From Octopus vulgaris (taxonomy: Eukaryota): a DNA stretch of 64,000 nt. The translations under genes were made by a program, and so were the position numbers. How positions within the stretch are numbered: position 1 is the first letter of the stretch; each line of letters opens with the position of its first letter. A model generated the notes under the pieces. It was not told the origin of the DNA and did not search any database. It saw only the letters and a program-made list of their open reading frames with translations. The stretch is from assembly GCA_951406725.2 (NCBI GenBank), contig OX597824.1, positions 44,454,001 through 44,518,000 of the forward strand, in the 5' to 3' direction. This document shows, piece after piece, positions 24,959 to 41,834 of this stretch.

Positions 24959-25550
24959 ATCATCATCATCATTTAACATCCATTGTCCATTCTGGCATAG
25001 ACAGTTTGACCATAGATGGCTAGCTGCACCAGATTCCAGTCTGGCATGATTTTTATGGTTGAATGCCCTCCCTAATGCTAACCACTTTACAGAGTGTGCT
25101 TTTATGTGGCACCGCATGGGCGATTTTTCATGGCACTGCATGGGCACTTTTACATGGTGCTGCATGGGCGTTTTAATGTGAAACTGCATGGGCACTTTTA
25201 TGTGACACCGCTATGAGTGCTTTTCACCACCAGGGGGACTGGTCTTAACACTTCTGCTGTAGAGTACGGGTCTTCTTGAGTATAGCAAGGTGCCAGACAT
25301 CTCAGTCCTTTGTCATCTCACCTGAAAGATCCAGCATCCTGAAGTTTATTCCATGTCTTCCTGGGTCTCTCCCTTCCCTTTGTTCCATCTACTTTGAGAG
25401 ATCAGTACTTCTTTATGGAGCTGCCAGCATCCATTCGCATCACATGACCAAACCAGCACAGTCTTCTCTCTTGCATACAGCAACTAATTCCTCTTGAAAC
25501 ACTAGCACTCTGGCGAACATGTACACTTACATTACACATCTAGCAGAGTA
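24959..25550 (-). mobile_element. Old RTE LINE 3' fragment with an internal 24-bp tandem array (about 25096-25211)
   Basis: (ATC)n tail plus tttaacatccattgtcc like 33108-33150. ccatgtcttcctgggtctc reads RPRKTW on the minus strand. Confidence 0.7.
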
Positions 25551-25599
25551 TACTCATACATCATCATCATTTAATATCCATTGTCTATGCTACATATAT

Positions 25600-26428
25600 A
25601 AGCAATGTAGCTAGTTGTAAAATCTCAAGAAAAGATGAAAGTAGTAACTATACTAACAAGTAAAGTTAATCGCCACATTGTTACAACTAGTTTAGCCCCA
25701 GTTGGTTATTGGTGCAGCATTGAACCCTGTACATATATATTGTCACCAGAGGAGTGAACCTTTACCATCCTCCAGCAAACAATAGGATCATGTGACTGAC
25801 TTAGTTTCAAGCTAGTTTGCTCATCTTCAGTAGTGAACACCTGATTGCCAAAGAGGTGGCCAAAATCCGCACCAGCCAGCAATATATTGTAAACAAAGTG
25901 ACCATCAGTCACTGATTTGCAACAAGCAAAGTAGCTAGTTGTAAAATTTCAAGAAGAGATGAGAGTAGTAACTATACTAACAAGTAAAGTTAAATTTATG
26001 TCTTTATTGCCCACAGGGGGCTAAACATAGATGGGACAAACAAGGAAAGACAAAGGGATTAAGTCGATTACATTGACCCAGGTGCAGTTAATCAACCCCG
26101 AAAGGATGAAAAGCAAAGTCAACCTCGGTGGAATTTGAACTCAGAACATAATGGCAGATGAAATACTGCTAAGCATTTTGCCCGGTGTGCTAACGTTTCT
26201 GCCAGCTTGCTGCTGTAAAGTTAATTGCTACATCAAAATGGCTGTTCTATGTTACTACTAGTTTAACCCCAGGCAGATCATTTGTCAGCTGGTTATTAGT
26301 GCAGCACTGCACACTGTACATATGCATTACCAGCAGGGGAGCAAACCTCTACCATCCTCCAGCAGACAACAGGATCACGAGACTGACTCAGTTTCAAGCT
26401 AGTTTGCTCATCTTTAGTCACAAATACC
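25600..26428 (-). mobile_element. Diverged tandem dimer (period about 324 bp) of a third hammerhead-bearing element; second unit interrupted by a SINE
   Basis: Units start aagcaa(t/a)gtagctagttgtaaaat at 25600 and 25924. Minus-strand motif CT(G/A)AAGA-t-gagc aaacta gctt-GAAA-ct(a/g)agtcag-TC at 25788-25837 and 26375-26423. Confidence 0.75.
25994..26214 (-). mobile_element. SINE family A inserted in the hammerhead dimer
   Basis: TSD gtaaagttaa at 25984-25993 and 26215-26224. Confidence 0.88.
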
Positions 26429-27105
26429 TTATACATACATAAATAGACCACACACACACACACACATGCATATATATAATCTAAGGTCCCAGTAGGGTAT
26501 TTCCAGAGAAGCACTCAACCTGAGTTCTGGGCTATCAACACTGTTAGATTGCAGACTAATAATGAAGTTCTTGAGGTGTAGAAAATTCTGGCTTCATGAT
26601 GGTAAAATCGTTGTGTGGGTGTAGCAAAGAGTAAAATATATATATATAAAATGAGTTGCTAACCCTAACCCTAAAAGTTTCCATCTACCAAATTTACTCA
26701 GTAGGCATTGATTGCCCCAAGGCTATTGTAGAAGACACTTACTGAAGGGGCCATGCAGTGGGATTGAACCTTAAGCCAGATAACTGTGAAGCATGCTTCT
26801 TAACCATAAAGCCATACCATTTCAAATATAATTTTTTACCAAATACCGCAGTAAGAATTCACTGTATAGGAATAGATACTTGATGAAGAAAAGTTACTCG
26901 CATGAAATCAACTTCATATCATAAAAGAGATCTACCTCTTATCTGTTTAACACTCTAGAAAATAATCAAGATGCAAATATGTATCACAAATAAAACATTA
27001 TTTCCCAGATATGAAACTCAATTCAGTTATTGGTTAGAAGTGAAAACTGAGATATCAGTTTACAAACACACAATACATAGATACACAATCAAAACTGATC
27101 CATAC

Positions 27106-27198
27106 CTCTCAAAGCTTTGTCAAGAATTTCACAGCTTGTTGAAAGTTTCTCCACTTTCAAAGCAGGAGGGACATTACTTTGCTTTGTTAAATTAAAGG
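27106..27198 (-). CDS. XRCC3: XRCC3 internal coding exon (AFNLTKQSNVPPALKVEKLSTSCEILDKALRG)
   Basis: 93 bp, strong polypyrimidine acceptor ttcttcttcttcAG, donor GTatgg, phase 1/1. Joins the two flanking exons in frame and matches the RLSLGCPVLDALLRG motif of XRCC3. Confidence 0.92.
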
Positions 27199-27516
27199 CT
27201 GAAGAAGAAGAAAAAGAAGAAATATTATTATTAAGTAGAAGGAAATATTATTACCTTGTTGTCTCCTATACACATACATGTATATCAGCCTCCTCATTAT
27301 CTTTTAACTTTTATTTTTTTCAGTCATTTGACTAGTGTCATACTGAGGTACCACCTTGAAGGGTTTTAGTCACACAAATCGACCCTAGGACTTATTTTTT
27401 GAAGCCTAGCACTTACTCTATCAATCTCTTATGCTGAACCACTTAGTTATGGGGATGTAAACACACGACCACCAATTGTCAAGCAGTGGTGGGGGACAAA
27501 TGTAGATACAGAGAGA

Positions 27517-27620
<104 letters not shown>

Positions 27621-27732
27621 CGTGGGACTTCTTTCAGTTTCTGTGCACTAAATCCACTCACAAGGCTTTGGTTGGCCTGAGGCTATAGTAGAAGACACTT
27701 GCCCAAGATGCTACACAGTGAGACTGAACCTA

Positions 27733-29023
27733 CGAGGGACGTTCAATAAGTAATGCCCCTGACCCACTTGCAGATGTTTGATCTAGCTGAAATTTTGCAT
27801 GTGTAATTATTTATATCTCTATAGATTAAGTGGCAAATTACAGCTCTGAACTAATTATGGTTTCTGATTTATAGGTGTTTGAACTAAGTCAAGTGTGAAA
27901 TGGAGCCTGTTGAGTGTCGAGCAGTGATCCGGTTTTTGTATTTGAAAGGACGCACACCACGGGAGACTTTTGATGAAATGAAAATAACTTCTGGTGATGA
28001 TGCCCCATCATCTGACCTTGTAAACCGCTGGCATCGTGAATTCAAACATGGTCGGAACTCTGTGGAAACAGCTCCCAGATCTGGTCGCCCCACTTCTGCC
28101 ATTCATGAGGCATCAGTCCGCCAAGTTGAGGCTGCCATTTTGGAAGATCGACGCATAACTATTCGCCAAATAGGCCATGAGGTCAAGATTAGTACCGGGT
28201 CTGTGGAAACTATCATTCATGACCATTTGCATATGCAAAAGGTGTCTGCCAGATGGATTCACAGGTTGCTCACACCTTTCCAGAAGCAAGAATGCGTCGA
28301 GTGCTCAAGGATGAATTTGGAGATGTGCCAAGAAGATGAGTCAAAATTTTTCAAAAGACTGATTACACAGGATGAAACCTGGGTCCATCACTATGATCCA
28401 GAGACCAAAGCCCAGTCAATGCAGTGGAAGCACCGTGACTCACCTCCTCCAAAGAAGGCAAGGGTGCAGCCCTCTGCTGGCAAGGTCATGCTCATAGTCT
28501 TCTGGGACCAGGACAGAATAGTGATGACAGATTTCCTGGCAAATGGTACCACAATTACAGGAGCCTATTATGCTTCACTTTTGAGGAAATTAAGAGAAGC
28601 TATCAAAATCAAGAGGCGGGGCAAGATCAGCAAAGGCACCCTCCTCCTGCAGGACAACGCTCCGGTCCACAACTCGCGTGTTGCCAGATCAGAAGCACAG
28701 GCGTGCAGCTATGAACTCTTCCCACATCCCCCTACTCTCCTGACCTTGCACCCTCTGATTTTCATCTCTTCCCAGCCATGAAGTTGTTTTTGAAAGGAAA
28801 GCGTTTCCCAGATGATGCAACCTTGATTTCTGAAGTCACGTTGTGGTTAGAGGACCAAGCTGGGTCTTCTACAAAAACGGTCTCCAGAGCTGCATCAAAC
28901 AATGGGAGAAATGCGTAACTCTGGTTGGTTCCTATGTAGAAAAAGACTAATAACTGTGCCAAGTTTCGTTGCTCTACTGCTATGGGAAGTGGGTCAGGGG
29001 CATTACTTATTGAACGCCCCTCG
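27733..29023 (+). mobile_element. Full-length mariner (DD34D) transposon, 1291 bp, inserted in a family B SINE
   Basis: 37-bp TIRs cgaggg(a/g)cgttcaataagtaatgcccctgacccactt with one mismatch; TA duplication at 27731-27732 and 29024-29025. The SINE reads through once the element is removed (gactgaaccta|gaaccatgtgg). Confidence 0.97.
27900..28950 (+). pseudogene. mariner transposase with two 1-bp frameshifts
   Basis: HTH, RSGRP, WIHRLL, TQDETW and QDNAPVH lie in ORF 27900..28781. YSPDLAPSDFHLFP continues in a shifted frame after about 28730, and FYKNGLQSCIKQWEKCVTLVGSYVEKD* after a second shift at about 28863. Confidence 0.92.
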
Positions 29024-29536
29024 TAGAACCATGTGGTTGTGAAGCAAGCTTCTTACTACATATCCATGCCTGCACCTATATTATCATTGTTTTAAAATCC
29101 ACTTTTTTATGAATACATGGGTCATATGGAATTTATCCAGGTGAATTTTGTATTTAAAAATGAGCATTTTCAACACCTGCTTCACTCAAAGTTCCAAAGC
29201 TGTTCAAGACATTTGTGTTGTGTATGCAGGAGGCACTGTTACTGAAAGAACTACACAGAAATAATTTTCACATTTTAAGGAAAAGAAATTCAAACTCACA
29301 TACTCTCCACATTCCAGCAACTTGTACATTTTAATGAAGATCTGTGCCAATCTGCTTGGGAATGGCCTAGCAGATGGATGCTCTCATACTATTGCCATCA
29401 TCTTCACTCAATGAGTAAGAGCCCAAAATTTAGTGCATTGGTGCCACCTGCTTAGAATGAGAGACAAAATCTAGTATTTCTCTATTGTTTCCTGTTTGTT
29501 CAGTTGACATAGCTTACTTCCTGGATACAGAGATTT

Positions 29537-32934
<3,398 letters not shown>

Positions 32935-33030
32935 TATATATATATATATATATGATTGATTGATTGATTCCAGTTCCAGCCTATGAGCTGTGGCCATGCT
33001 GGGGCACCGCCATATATATATATATATATA

Positions 33031-33107
<77 letters not shown>

Positions 33108-33110
<3 letters not shown>

Positions 33111-35213
33111 TCATCATCATCATCATCATTTAGCGTCCGTTTTCCATGCTAGCATGGGTTGGACGGTTCTGCTGGGGTCTGTGAAGCCAGAAGGCTTCAT
33201 CAGGCCCAGTCAAATCTGGCAGTGTTTCTACGGCTGGATGCCCTTCCTAACGCCAACCACTCCGTGAGTGTAGTGGGTGCTTTTTACGTGCCACCCGCAC
33301 TGGTGCCAGACAGAGCTGGCAAACGGCCACGAACGGATGGTGCTTTTTATGTGCCACCGGCACGAGGGCCAGGCGAGGCTGGCAACGGACACGAAACGGG
33401 GCGGTGCTGGCAACGGTCGCGAAACGGAAAGTTCTCTTACATGCCACCGGCACTGGTAACACATCTGCAATTTCCATTGATCGATTTCCATTGATCGATT
33501 TCGATTCTGATCCTCACTTGCCTCAATGGGTCTTCACAAGCAGAGTTTCGACATGCCACCGGCACTGGTAGCACATCCGCAATTTCCATTGATCGATTTC
33601 GATTCTGATCCTCACTTGCCTCAACACGTCTTCACAAGTAGAGTTTTGTGTCCCAAGAAGGGAAGGTATGCATACGTAGGCTGGCTCCATCCCATGTAGA
33701 AGGCCACGGGTTGTGGACTCACTTGTCCTGCCGGGTCTTCTCGCGCACAGCACACTTCCAGAGGTCTCGGTCTCTAGTCATTTCCTCAGTGAGACCTAAA
33801 GTTCGAAGGTCGTGCTTCACCACCTCGTCCCAGGTTTTCCTGGGTCTGCCTCTTCCACAGGTTCCCTCAACCGCTAGGGCGTGGCACTTTTTCACACAAC
33901 TATCTTCATCCATTCTCGCCACATGACCATACCAGCGCAAACGTCTCTCTTGCACACCACAACTGATGCTTCTTAGGTCCAGCTTTTCTCTCAAGGTACT
34001 TACACTCTGCCGAGTGTGAGTACTGACATTACACATCCATCGGAGCATACTGGCTTCATTTCTAGCGAGCTTACGCATATCCTCAGCAGTCACGGCCCAT
34101 GTTTCACTGCCATGTAGCATGGCTGTTCGTACACACGCATCATACAGTCTGCCTTTCACTCTGTGCGAGAGGCCTTTTGTCACCAGCAGAGGTAAGAGCT
34201 CTCTGAACTTTGCCCAAGCTATTCTTACTCTAGCAGTTACACTTTCAGCACACCCGCCCCCGCTGCTGACTTGGTCACCTAGGTAACGGAAACTATCAAC
34301 TATTTCTAGTTTTTCTCCCTGGAAAGTGACAGAAGTTGGTCTCAGAGCATTTTCAGTGTTTATTGTTCCTGAGCATCTGCCACATACAAAAACCATCTTC
34401 CTAGTTAGCCTTCCTTTGACATTGCTGCATCTCTTATGTGTCCATAGCTTACACTTGGTGCATCTTATAGAGTTTCTACCTACACCTTTTCTACAGATCG
34501 AGCAGGGCCATCTACCTGAAGGTGTTTGTGATTTGTCAACCTTCCTACTGATTACGACTTTGGTTTTAGCTAGATTGACTCTAAGGCCTTTCGATTCTAA
34601 TCCTTGTTTCCACACCTGAAACTTCTCCTCCAGTTCTGATAGCGACTCAGCAATTAGAGCAAGGTCATCAGCATAGAGGAGCTCCCAAGGGCATCCTGTC
34701 TTGAATTCCTCCGTTATTGCCTGGAGGACTATGATAAATAGGAGGGGGCTGAGTACTGAGCCTTGGTGGACCCCTACCTCTACCCGGAATTCTTCACTGT
34801 ACTCATTTCCAACCCTCACCCTACTAGCGGCGTCCCTATACATGGCCCGCACAGCTCTCACTAACCATTCATCTATCCCTAGTTTTCTCATTGCCCACCA
34901 GATAAGGGATCGGGGGACCCTGTCGAAGGCTTTCTCCATGTCAACAAAAGCCAGGTACAGGGGCTTATCTTTGGCTAGGTATTTCTCCTGCAGCTGCCTT
35001 ACCAGGAATATAGCATCAGTAGTACTTTTCCCTGGCACAAACCCAAACTGCATCTCATCTAAACTAACTCTCTCTCTAATTAGTTGGGCTATGACCCTCT
35101 CTGTAACCTTCATCACCTGGTCCAACAGCTTGATACCTCTGTAGTTATTTGTATCTAGGGCATCACCTTTACCTTTGTAGCAGTTGACTATTATACTGTA
35201 CACCAGTCATTGG
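33108..35213 (-). mobile_element. Young 5'-truncated RTE LINE: open RT-to-C-terminus frame (33719..35203), 3' UTR and (ATG)n tail
   Basis: 494-aa uninterrupted frame with YADD, Cys-rich insert and GRPRKTW. 3' UTR has an about 110-bp internal duplication (33439-33650). Flanked by (TA)n on both sides. Confidence 0.96.
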
Positions 35214-36146
<933 letters not shown>

Positions 36147-36266
36147 TACTACAGAAAGAAAACAGGGTAACAGCATAGTAGGATGGTGAGAGAGGGTGCT
36201 ATGCTAAGAGAAGTAAAGCTAAGTTAGGAGAAATGAACAAGAAGAAGGAAGAAAGTGAGTAAAGCT

Positions 36267-36323
36267 AATTGGAACACTACAGAAAAGATTAGCATAGCCC
36301 TTGTGCAAGGATGACATACAAAT
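36267..36323 (+). pseudogene. U6 snRNA internal fragment
   Basis: aattggaacactacagaaaagattagcatagcccttgtgcaaggatgacatacaaat aligns without gaps to U6 AATTGGAACGATACAGAGAAGATTAGCATGGCCCCTGCGCAAGGATGACACGCAAAT. The ACAGAGA box is mutated. Confidence 0.88.
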
Positions 36324-36337
36324 ATACACGCACACAC

Positions 36338-36895
36338 CGCTGGAAGCACGGCACAAGTTTTGCTGCAATTCATTTCATTCACATTTCCTCACTTAAAATA
36401 CATTGGCAGGAGCTGAAGGACACACAAGTCATATCAACAAGTTCATCAGTTGTTTGGTGATGGTCTTCCAACATCAGTTTCTGAAAACTCATGATGTTTC
36501 ATTTGTTCGGAAGGTTGACAGCTGTCCTGAATGAGGTTGGGCTTCAAGTGACAAGTGATCATTCCTAAAGCGTGGAAACCACTCGTAAACTTGCTTTGCT
36601 CATGGCAGCATCCTTGTAAGCTGTTTGAAGCATGACAACTATTTCGGTTGCCATTTCCCCCAGCAGAAAACAGAATTTCGAGGAAGCATGCTGTTCCTTC
36701 ATTTGCAAAAAACAAACGAACAAAGGAAAAGCACTGCAAAACAAAGATGCACCACATGGTAGTACGACTTCACTTGACAATGCTGGTCAGTATTACTGAT
36801 GCTTGAAGGTTGCATCAAGTGGCTTTTAGCAGCAGAAGTCTGCATGACAATGGGTTTGTCGCACAGAGAACGTTTCTAGTCACTTTCGGGTACCT
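36338..36895 (-). mobile_element. mariner 5' fragment (HTH region)
   Basis: MKEQHASSKFCFLLGEMATEIVVMLQTAYKDAAMSK, then GRPS, and ILSEEM*MK*IAAKLVP (WVPRLL-type motif). Confidence 0.8.
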
Positions 36896-36921
36896 ATATA
36901 TATATGTATGAATATATATGT

Positions 36922-37074
36922 ATACAGGGTGTGTAAGATATTTGAGGACAGATCTGTTTTGGACATTACTCAATGGCAGCTTCCAAAGAAGCTTTGGTGT
37001 TATGGGTGTGTTCATTGAAATATCTCTCAACAACGCCCCCACATATAATAGTCCAATGGATTGAGATCTGGGGA
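36922..37074 (-). mobile_element. Tc1/mariner superfamily (maT/DD37D-like) 3' fragment
   Basis: Minus strand reads SPDLNPLDYYMWG; terminus TA|cagggtg. Confidence 0.7.
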
Positions 37075-37896
37075 ATCTGATGCAGCCCTCTGGCTTACCA
37101 GTCAAACCATCTAACCCATGCCAGGATAGAAAGCAGGTGTTAAATGATGATGATAATGCATATATTATTGATTTCAAATTTTGACACAGCTTGCAGGATG
37201 GGGTAAGTTGATTACATCGACCTCAGTGATCAACTGGTACTTACTTTTTTGACCCTGAAAGGATGAAAGGCAACATCAATATTGATGGCATTTGAACTCA
37301 GAATGTAAAGACATGAAATATCGCTAAGCATTTTGTCTTGTGTGCGAACAATTCAGGCAGCTTGCTGTCTTGTGTGTATATATTATTGAGGCATTATTTT
37401 CCTGCCAGATGTCATTCCTGTTACTACCCTTATGTTTTCAAATAAGGGATATTTCTTTTTTTCCACATGTCCTCAAAAATCCAGAGTTAGTACATAATCT
37501 GTTGACAGGGAATGACATCTGTCATTGTTTGTAGCTCAGCATTTTTATGTATGAAATATAGACATTTGCATAGACACACATATATCAACATACGTACGCA
37601 TGTATGCGCATATGCACACACATACACACGTAAGATGGGCTTCTACACAGTCTTTGTCTACCAAATTCACTGACAGGACACTGGTCAGCCCAGAGCTACA
37701 GAAGACACCCAAAATGCTGCACAGTGAGACAGAACCTGAAACCATGTGTTTGAGAAGTAAATTTCTTAACCACACAGTCATGCCTGCACCTATATACTCA
37801 CTTGATGTAAAACCCAACTGTTTTAGCAACCCATTTTATAATGTTCTCTATTTGTTGCCAAGAACCAACTGTTGTTATTATTTCTTGGATAGTTAA

Positions 37897-38338
37897 GGCA
37901 ATGAGCTAGCAGAATTGTTTGCATACTGGACAAAATGTTTAGAGGCATTTTGTCTGTCTTTACATTTTCAGTTCAAATTCTGCCAAGGTTGACTTTGCCT
38001 TTCCTCCTTTTGGAGTTGATAAAATAAGTTCGAGTTGAATACTGGGGTTGATGTAATCAACTATCCTTCCCACCAAATTTCAGACTTTGTATCCATAGTA
38101 GGAAGTATTATTTCTTTGATAGCTTCAAGGTGGCGAGCTGGCAGAATCATTAGCACACTAGGCAAACTGCTTAGCAGCATTTCGCCAGACCTTACGTTTT
38201 GAGTTCAAATTACGCCAAGGTCAACTTTGTCTTTCGTCCTTTCAGAGTTGATAAATTAAGTACCAGTTGAGCACTGGGGTTTGATGTAACTGACTTACCC
38301 CTTACCCTGAACTTGCTGGCCTTGTGTCAAAATTTGAA
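37897..38338 (+). mobile_element. Two family A SINEs in tandem
   Basis: Heads near 37897 and 38129. A related target attatttctt(g/t)ga(t/g)ag is seen before, between and after them. Confidence 0.8.
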
Positions 38339-38339
38339 A

Positions 38340-38790
38340 TTATTTCTTTGAGAGTTTTACATGAGCTTCTGCTGCGTCACCTGCTGGATCTCCATGCTTC
38401 TTAGGGTGTGTTATTGTGAGTTCTTATTTTCACAGTGTTCAGATGTGTATAAACTCCTCCTATTCAATTTGTTTTGCAATGGGATTTGCTTGTTATTTCT
38501 TGTGCTATATTAGTGGTGAGCGTAATGTTACGTGGTGTTGTGTGGTAAGTGTAACGTCAGTTGTGTTATTTTATTGGGTAAATCTTATAGATTACATGTT
38601 GTAAGAGCTGTGATGTTTTATTTTATGAGGTGCTTATTGTATAGGGTGTGTGTATTATGTGTAAAGATTGTTCTATTTGGGCTGTGCTCTTGAAATGCTA
38701 ATGTCTTGTGCAAGATGTGGGCTGTTCCTAGTAGAGTTATTTTTTTGACAGTATGTTGAGTTGTAAGTCTTGGTATAGCTTCTATTTTGT
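38340..38790 (-). mobile_element. R4/Dong-like (RLE non-LTR) 3' fragment next to (TAA)n repeats
   Basis: IPRLTTQHTVKKITLLGTAHILHKTL matches the C-terminal 'QK.ALLGTA.ILRK.L' motif of R4/Dong ORFs. Followed by about 350 bp of 3' UTR. Dong elements are known to target TAA repeats. Confidence 0.7.
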
Positions 38791-38956
38791 TGTTGTTGCT
38801 ATTATTATTATTATTATTATTATTTTCTGCCGAGGTCAACTTTGTCTTTCATCCTTTCAGAGTCAATAAATTAAGTACCAGTGAAACACCGAGGATCAAT
38901 GTAATTGACTAATCCCTTCCCTTGCAATTTCAGGCCTTCTGCCTTTAGTAGAAAGA

Positions 38957-38987
38957 ATTACTACTACTACTACTACTATTATTATTA

Positions 38988-39033
<46 letters not shown>

Positions 39034-39090
39034 CATCATCATCATCATTATTATCATTATCATCATCATCATTATTATTAATATCATCAA
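38957..39090. repeat. Compound (TAC)n/(TAT)n/(CAT)n microsatellite
   Basis: Directly visible. Confidence 0.92.
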
Positions 39091-39234
39091 CTTAGCCTTT
39101 CATTCTACCAGGGAAACTAAAGTACCAGTGAAGCACTGGGGTTAATATAATTGACTATTTCCTCCCCACAAGATTTTTGGCCTTGTGCCAATGTAAGAAG
39201 TTATCATCATCATCCACATTATTATTACTATTAC

Positions 39235-39273
<39 letters not shown>

Positions 39274-41696
39274 ACCAGACTACTAGAAGGAAATGAATGC
39301 TCAACAGGTTTATTTGATAAGACAAGTGCTTATGTGAGACTGGGAAAAGAGAGGTTAAATTTCTAAACTGGATAGGAAGAGAATAGGAGATAGAGAAGTG
39401 GAGTGTTTTTGTGCATGCACATGTGTGTGTGTGTGTATGTGTGTGTGCATATATGTCTATGTGAGTGCATGTAAAATGTGGATGTGAGTGTGTATGTATG
39501 CATGTGTGCATGTGTGTGCGTGTGTGCACATGTGTAGTAGGGTGAAAGCTAAAAGTTACCATGAAGTAATATAGTCTGTTCTCTGCATAAAGAGGCCATA
39601 TCTTTTATGTATGTTGAATGATGGGATGTGGAAATATGCCCAAAAGGTGAATGAACATATTGCTACCATCACACCATTCCCAGCTAGAATGATAATAACA
39701 ACAAAAAACAAAAACTGGAAACAATGTTCCTTCCCATTCCACATATGAAGGGAAACATTACAACAACAAGAGCAACAACAACTACTGCTGAAGCAGTAGT
39801 AATAGCAGTAGCCACCATTGAATAATGTAGTCTCATGCATTTCATAAAAAAAAAAGAGAAAATGGTCGTAGCTGGAGCACTTTTGATCATAGATCTGCAT
39901 TACCATGCCTAACCCAGGGCTAAATAACATTAGCAGCAACCACTTGTAATCTCATAATGAACACATTACTTTCACTACATTCTTCATCACAACCATCCTG
40001 CTCCAACACAATAACATTCCCTACCCCCTATAACTTCATACTTGTAAAACACCAATAAAATCAATACCATCACTAAATCCACTACATCAAAAACCATTAC
40101 AAGCATTATCAACAAAAACACAACTCTCTTCCTGCTTGGATGGCTTCCCCAATTCTCTGACTATACACTGTTCATTTAAAAATTTTCCACTAACCTACTA
40201 CTGTCAAAGACGTAGAAACTCAGTGCTAGAAGTTTTTGAGACAAATTAGAATTATTCCATATTTTAAAAATATTTTGTTTCCTTTTCTGTCAAATTATTT
40301 CATTGATACCTAAAGAGAGCAACAATAGGTACCTGAACATTGAACAAGCATCCAAGAGATTGACTGTGAGGTTGGTGGCTTGTATCCGGTCATTGCTACT
40401 GCAGTGTGTCCAAGGCTATGTCAGTTAATTCTCATTTAGCCCTTTCTACTTAACTATAAAACAGGTATCATTAAATGAGAACAACGCAGTGTTACAAGAA
40501 GTGGTAGTATTGTAAATTAGTCAAGTATTTCCTTAGCTAACAATGCTCAGTTCAATCCTCTTCCTAGCTGTGTAACCAGAAGAGGAGTTGAATTTTTCAG
40601 GTAATAACTAGATATCAATGGATTTGATTCTGAAGAGTTAACTAATTAACTTGATTGTCTCTGACAATAGATGGATAGAACAAAAAATTATTTAAATAGC
40701 AATTCAGTTTTTTTGTTATAGTCTTTAGTGCTTTTCTTAACATTGATTGAATTATTATTTATCTAATCAAGTATATATTTACACCTCTAGATTTTAATTT
40801 ATCAAACAAATTAAGACTGCACTTTAAAAATTGTCACTCACCCCATTAGTCTCAAACAAATAAACCATAACATAAATTTCTTTGCAAGGATTAAACTTTG
40901 AGCTACATATTTTCCTCTAATAATTCCATACATTGATAAAAGACAATAAATTTAGAGACGAAAAACATTGTCATTTGGAACTATTTAGTTTACACCTGAT
41001 ACTTTCTTAATTGACCCCTTTCTCCTATCAAGGTGAGAAAAAGTAAAGATGACACTGATAGCATTTGAACTCAGGTTATATAAAAGTGCAAAACTAAAGA
41101 CCATATGGAATTCAGTTTTTGCACTCTACAAATTCTCCTGCTTCACATCCTTTGAAAAACCCTGAGTCACACTAAAAGCAGAGGCTGTGCTAAGACAGTC
41201 CATACAATAAACTTTGTACACATTCAACCTTCTGCCACACTGCACCTTATAATCATCACCACCCTATAGCAGAAGACACTTACCCAAGGTGTCATGTAGT
41301 GGCACTGAATTTAAAACTATATAGTTGGTAACTGAACTCCTCAGTTACACAGCCATACCTGTGCATGAATGCTAGAAATCCTCATTCCCTGTTCTCTGAA
41401 GTCAATCCATCAAAAAGTGGTCACAGATGCTCACAGACACTTCTGATTTTGAAATACTGAACAATTGAGCTTATCTATATATCTACAACTCTAATGTCAA
41501 GAATAAATAACTATTTAAGCTTTCTTTTTTCCTTATTAATCACTGCACACCTGAATTTCTTGTCTTTTTATGACCAGTCAGTTTATATCAGAAGTTAACT
41601 AAACAGGGATTTGTGTCATAAAATAATGAGTTCTGAATTTTTTATCATCAAAATGTGTAAGTTACAATACATAACAATAAAAAGTTGTATATTCAC

Positions 41697-41834
41697 CTGT
41701 GACAATAGGTAACATAGGAATAGATTCAGCAACAGCTCCTTTTAGAATTTGCACATCACGGGATGATAGATTTGTTGCTCTTTTCAAATCAGGATTGGAT
41801 AAACTTAATATCTCAGGGAAAGATTTCAATTTTG
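41697..41834 (-). CDS. XRCC3: XRCC3 N-terminal coding exon (AKLKSFPEILSLSNPDLKRATNLSSRDVQILKGAVAESIPMLPIVT)
   Basis: 138 bp inside ORF 41662..41874. Acceptor ttttttcatttattcAG, donor GTgaat, phase 1/1. Closely resembles human [28 protein letters not shown]. Confidence 0.92.

Noticed and set aside
25096-25211. CRISPR-like appearance of short repeats
   Set aside because: Contiguous tandem units without spacers, inside a eukaryotic LINE UTR.
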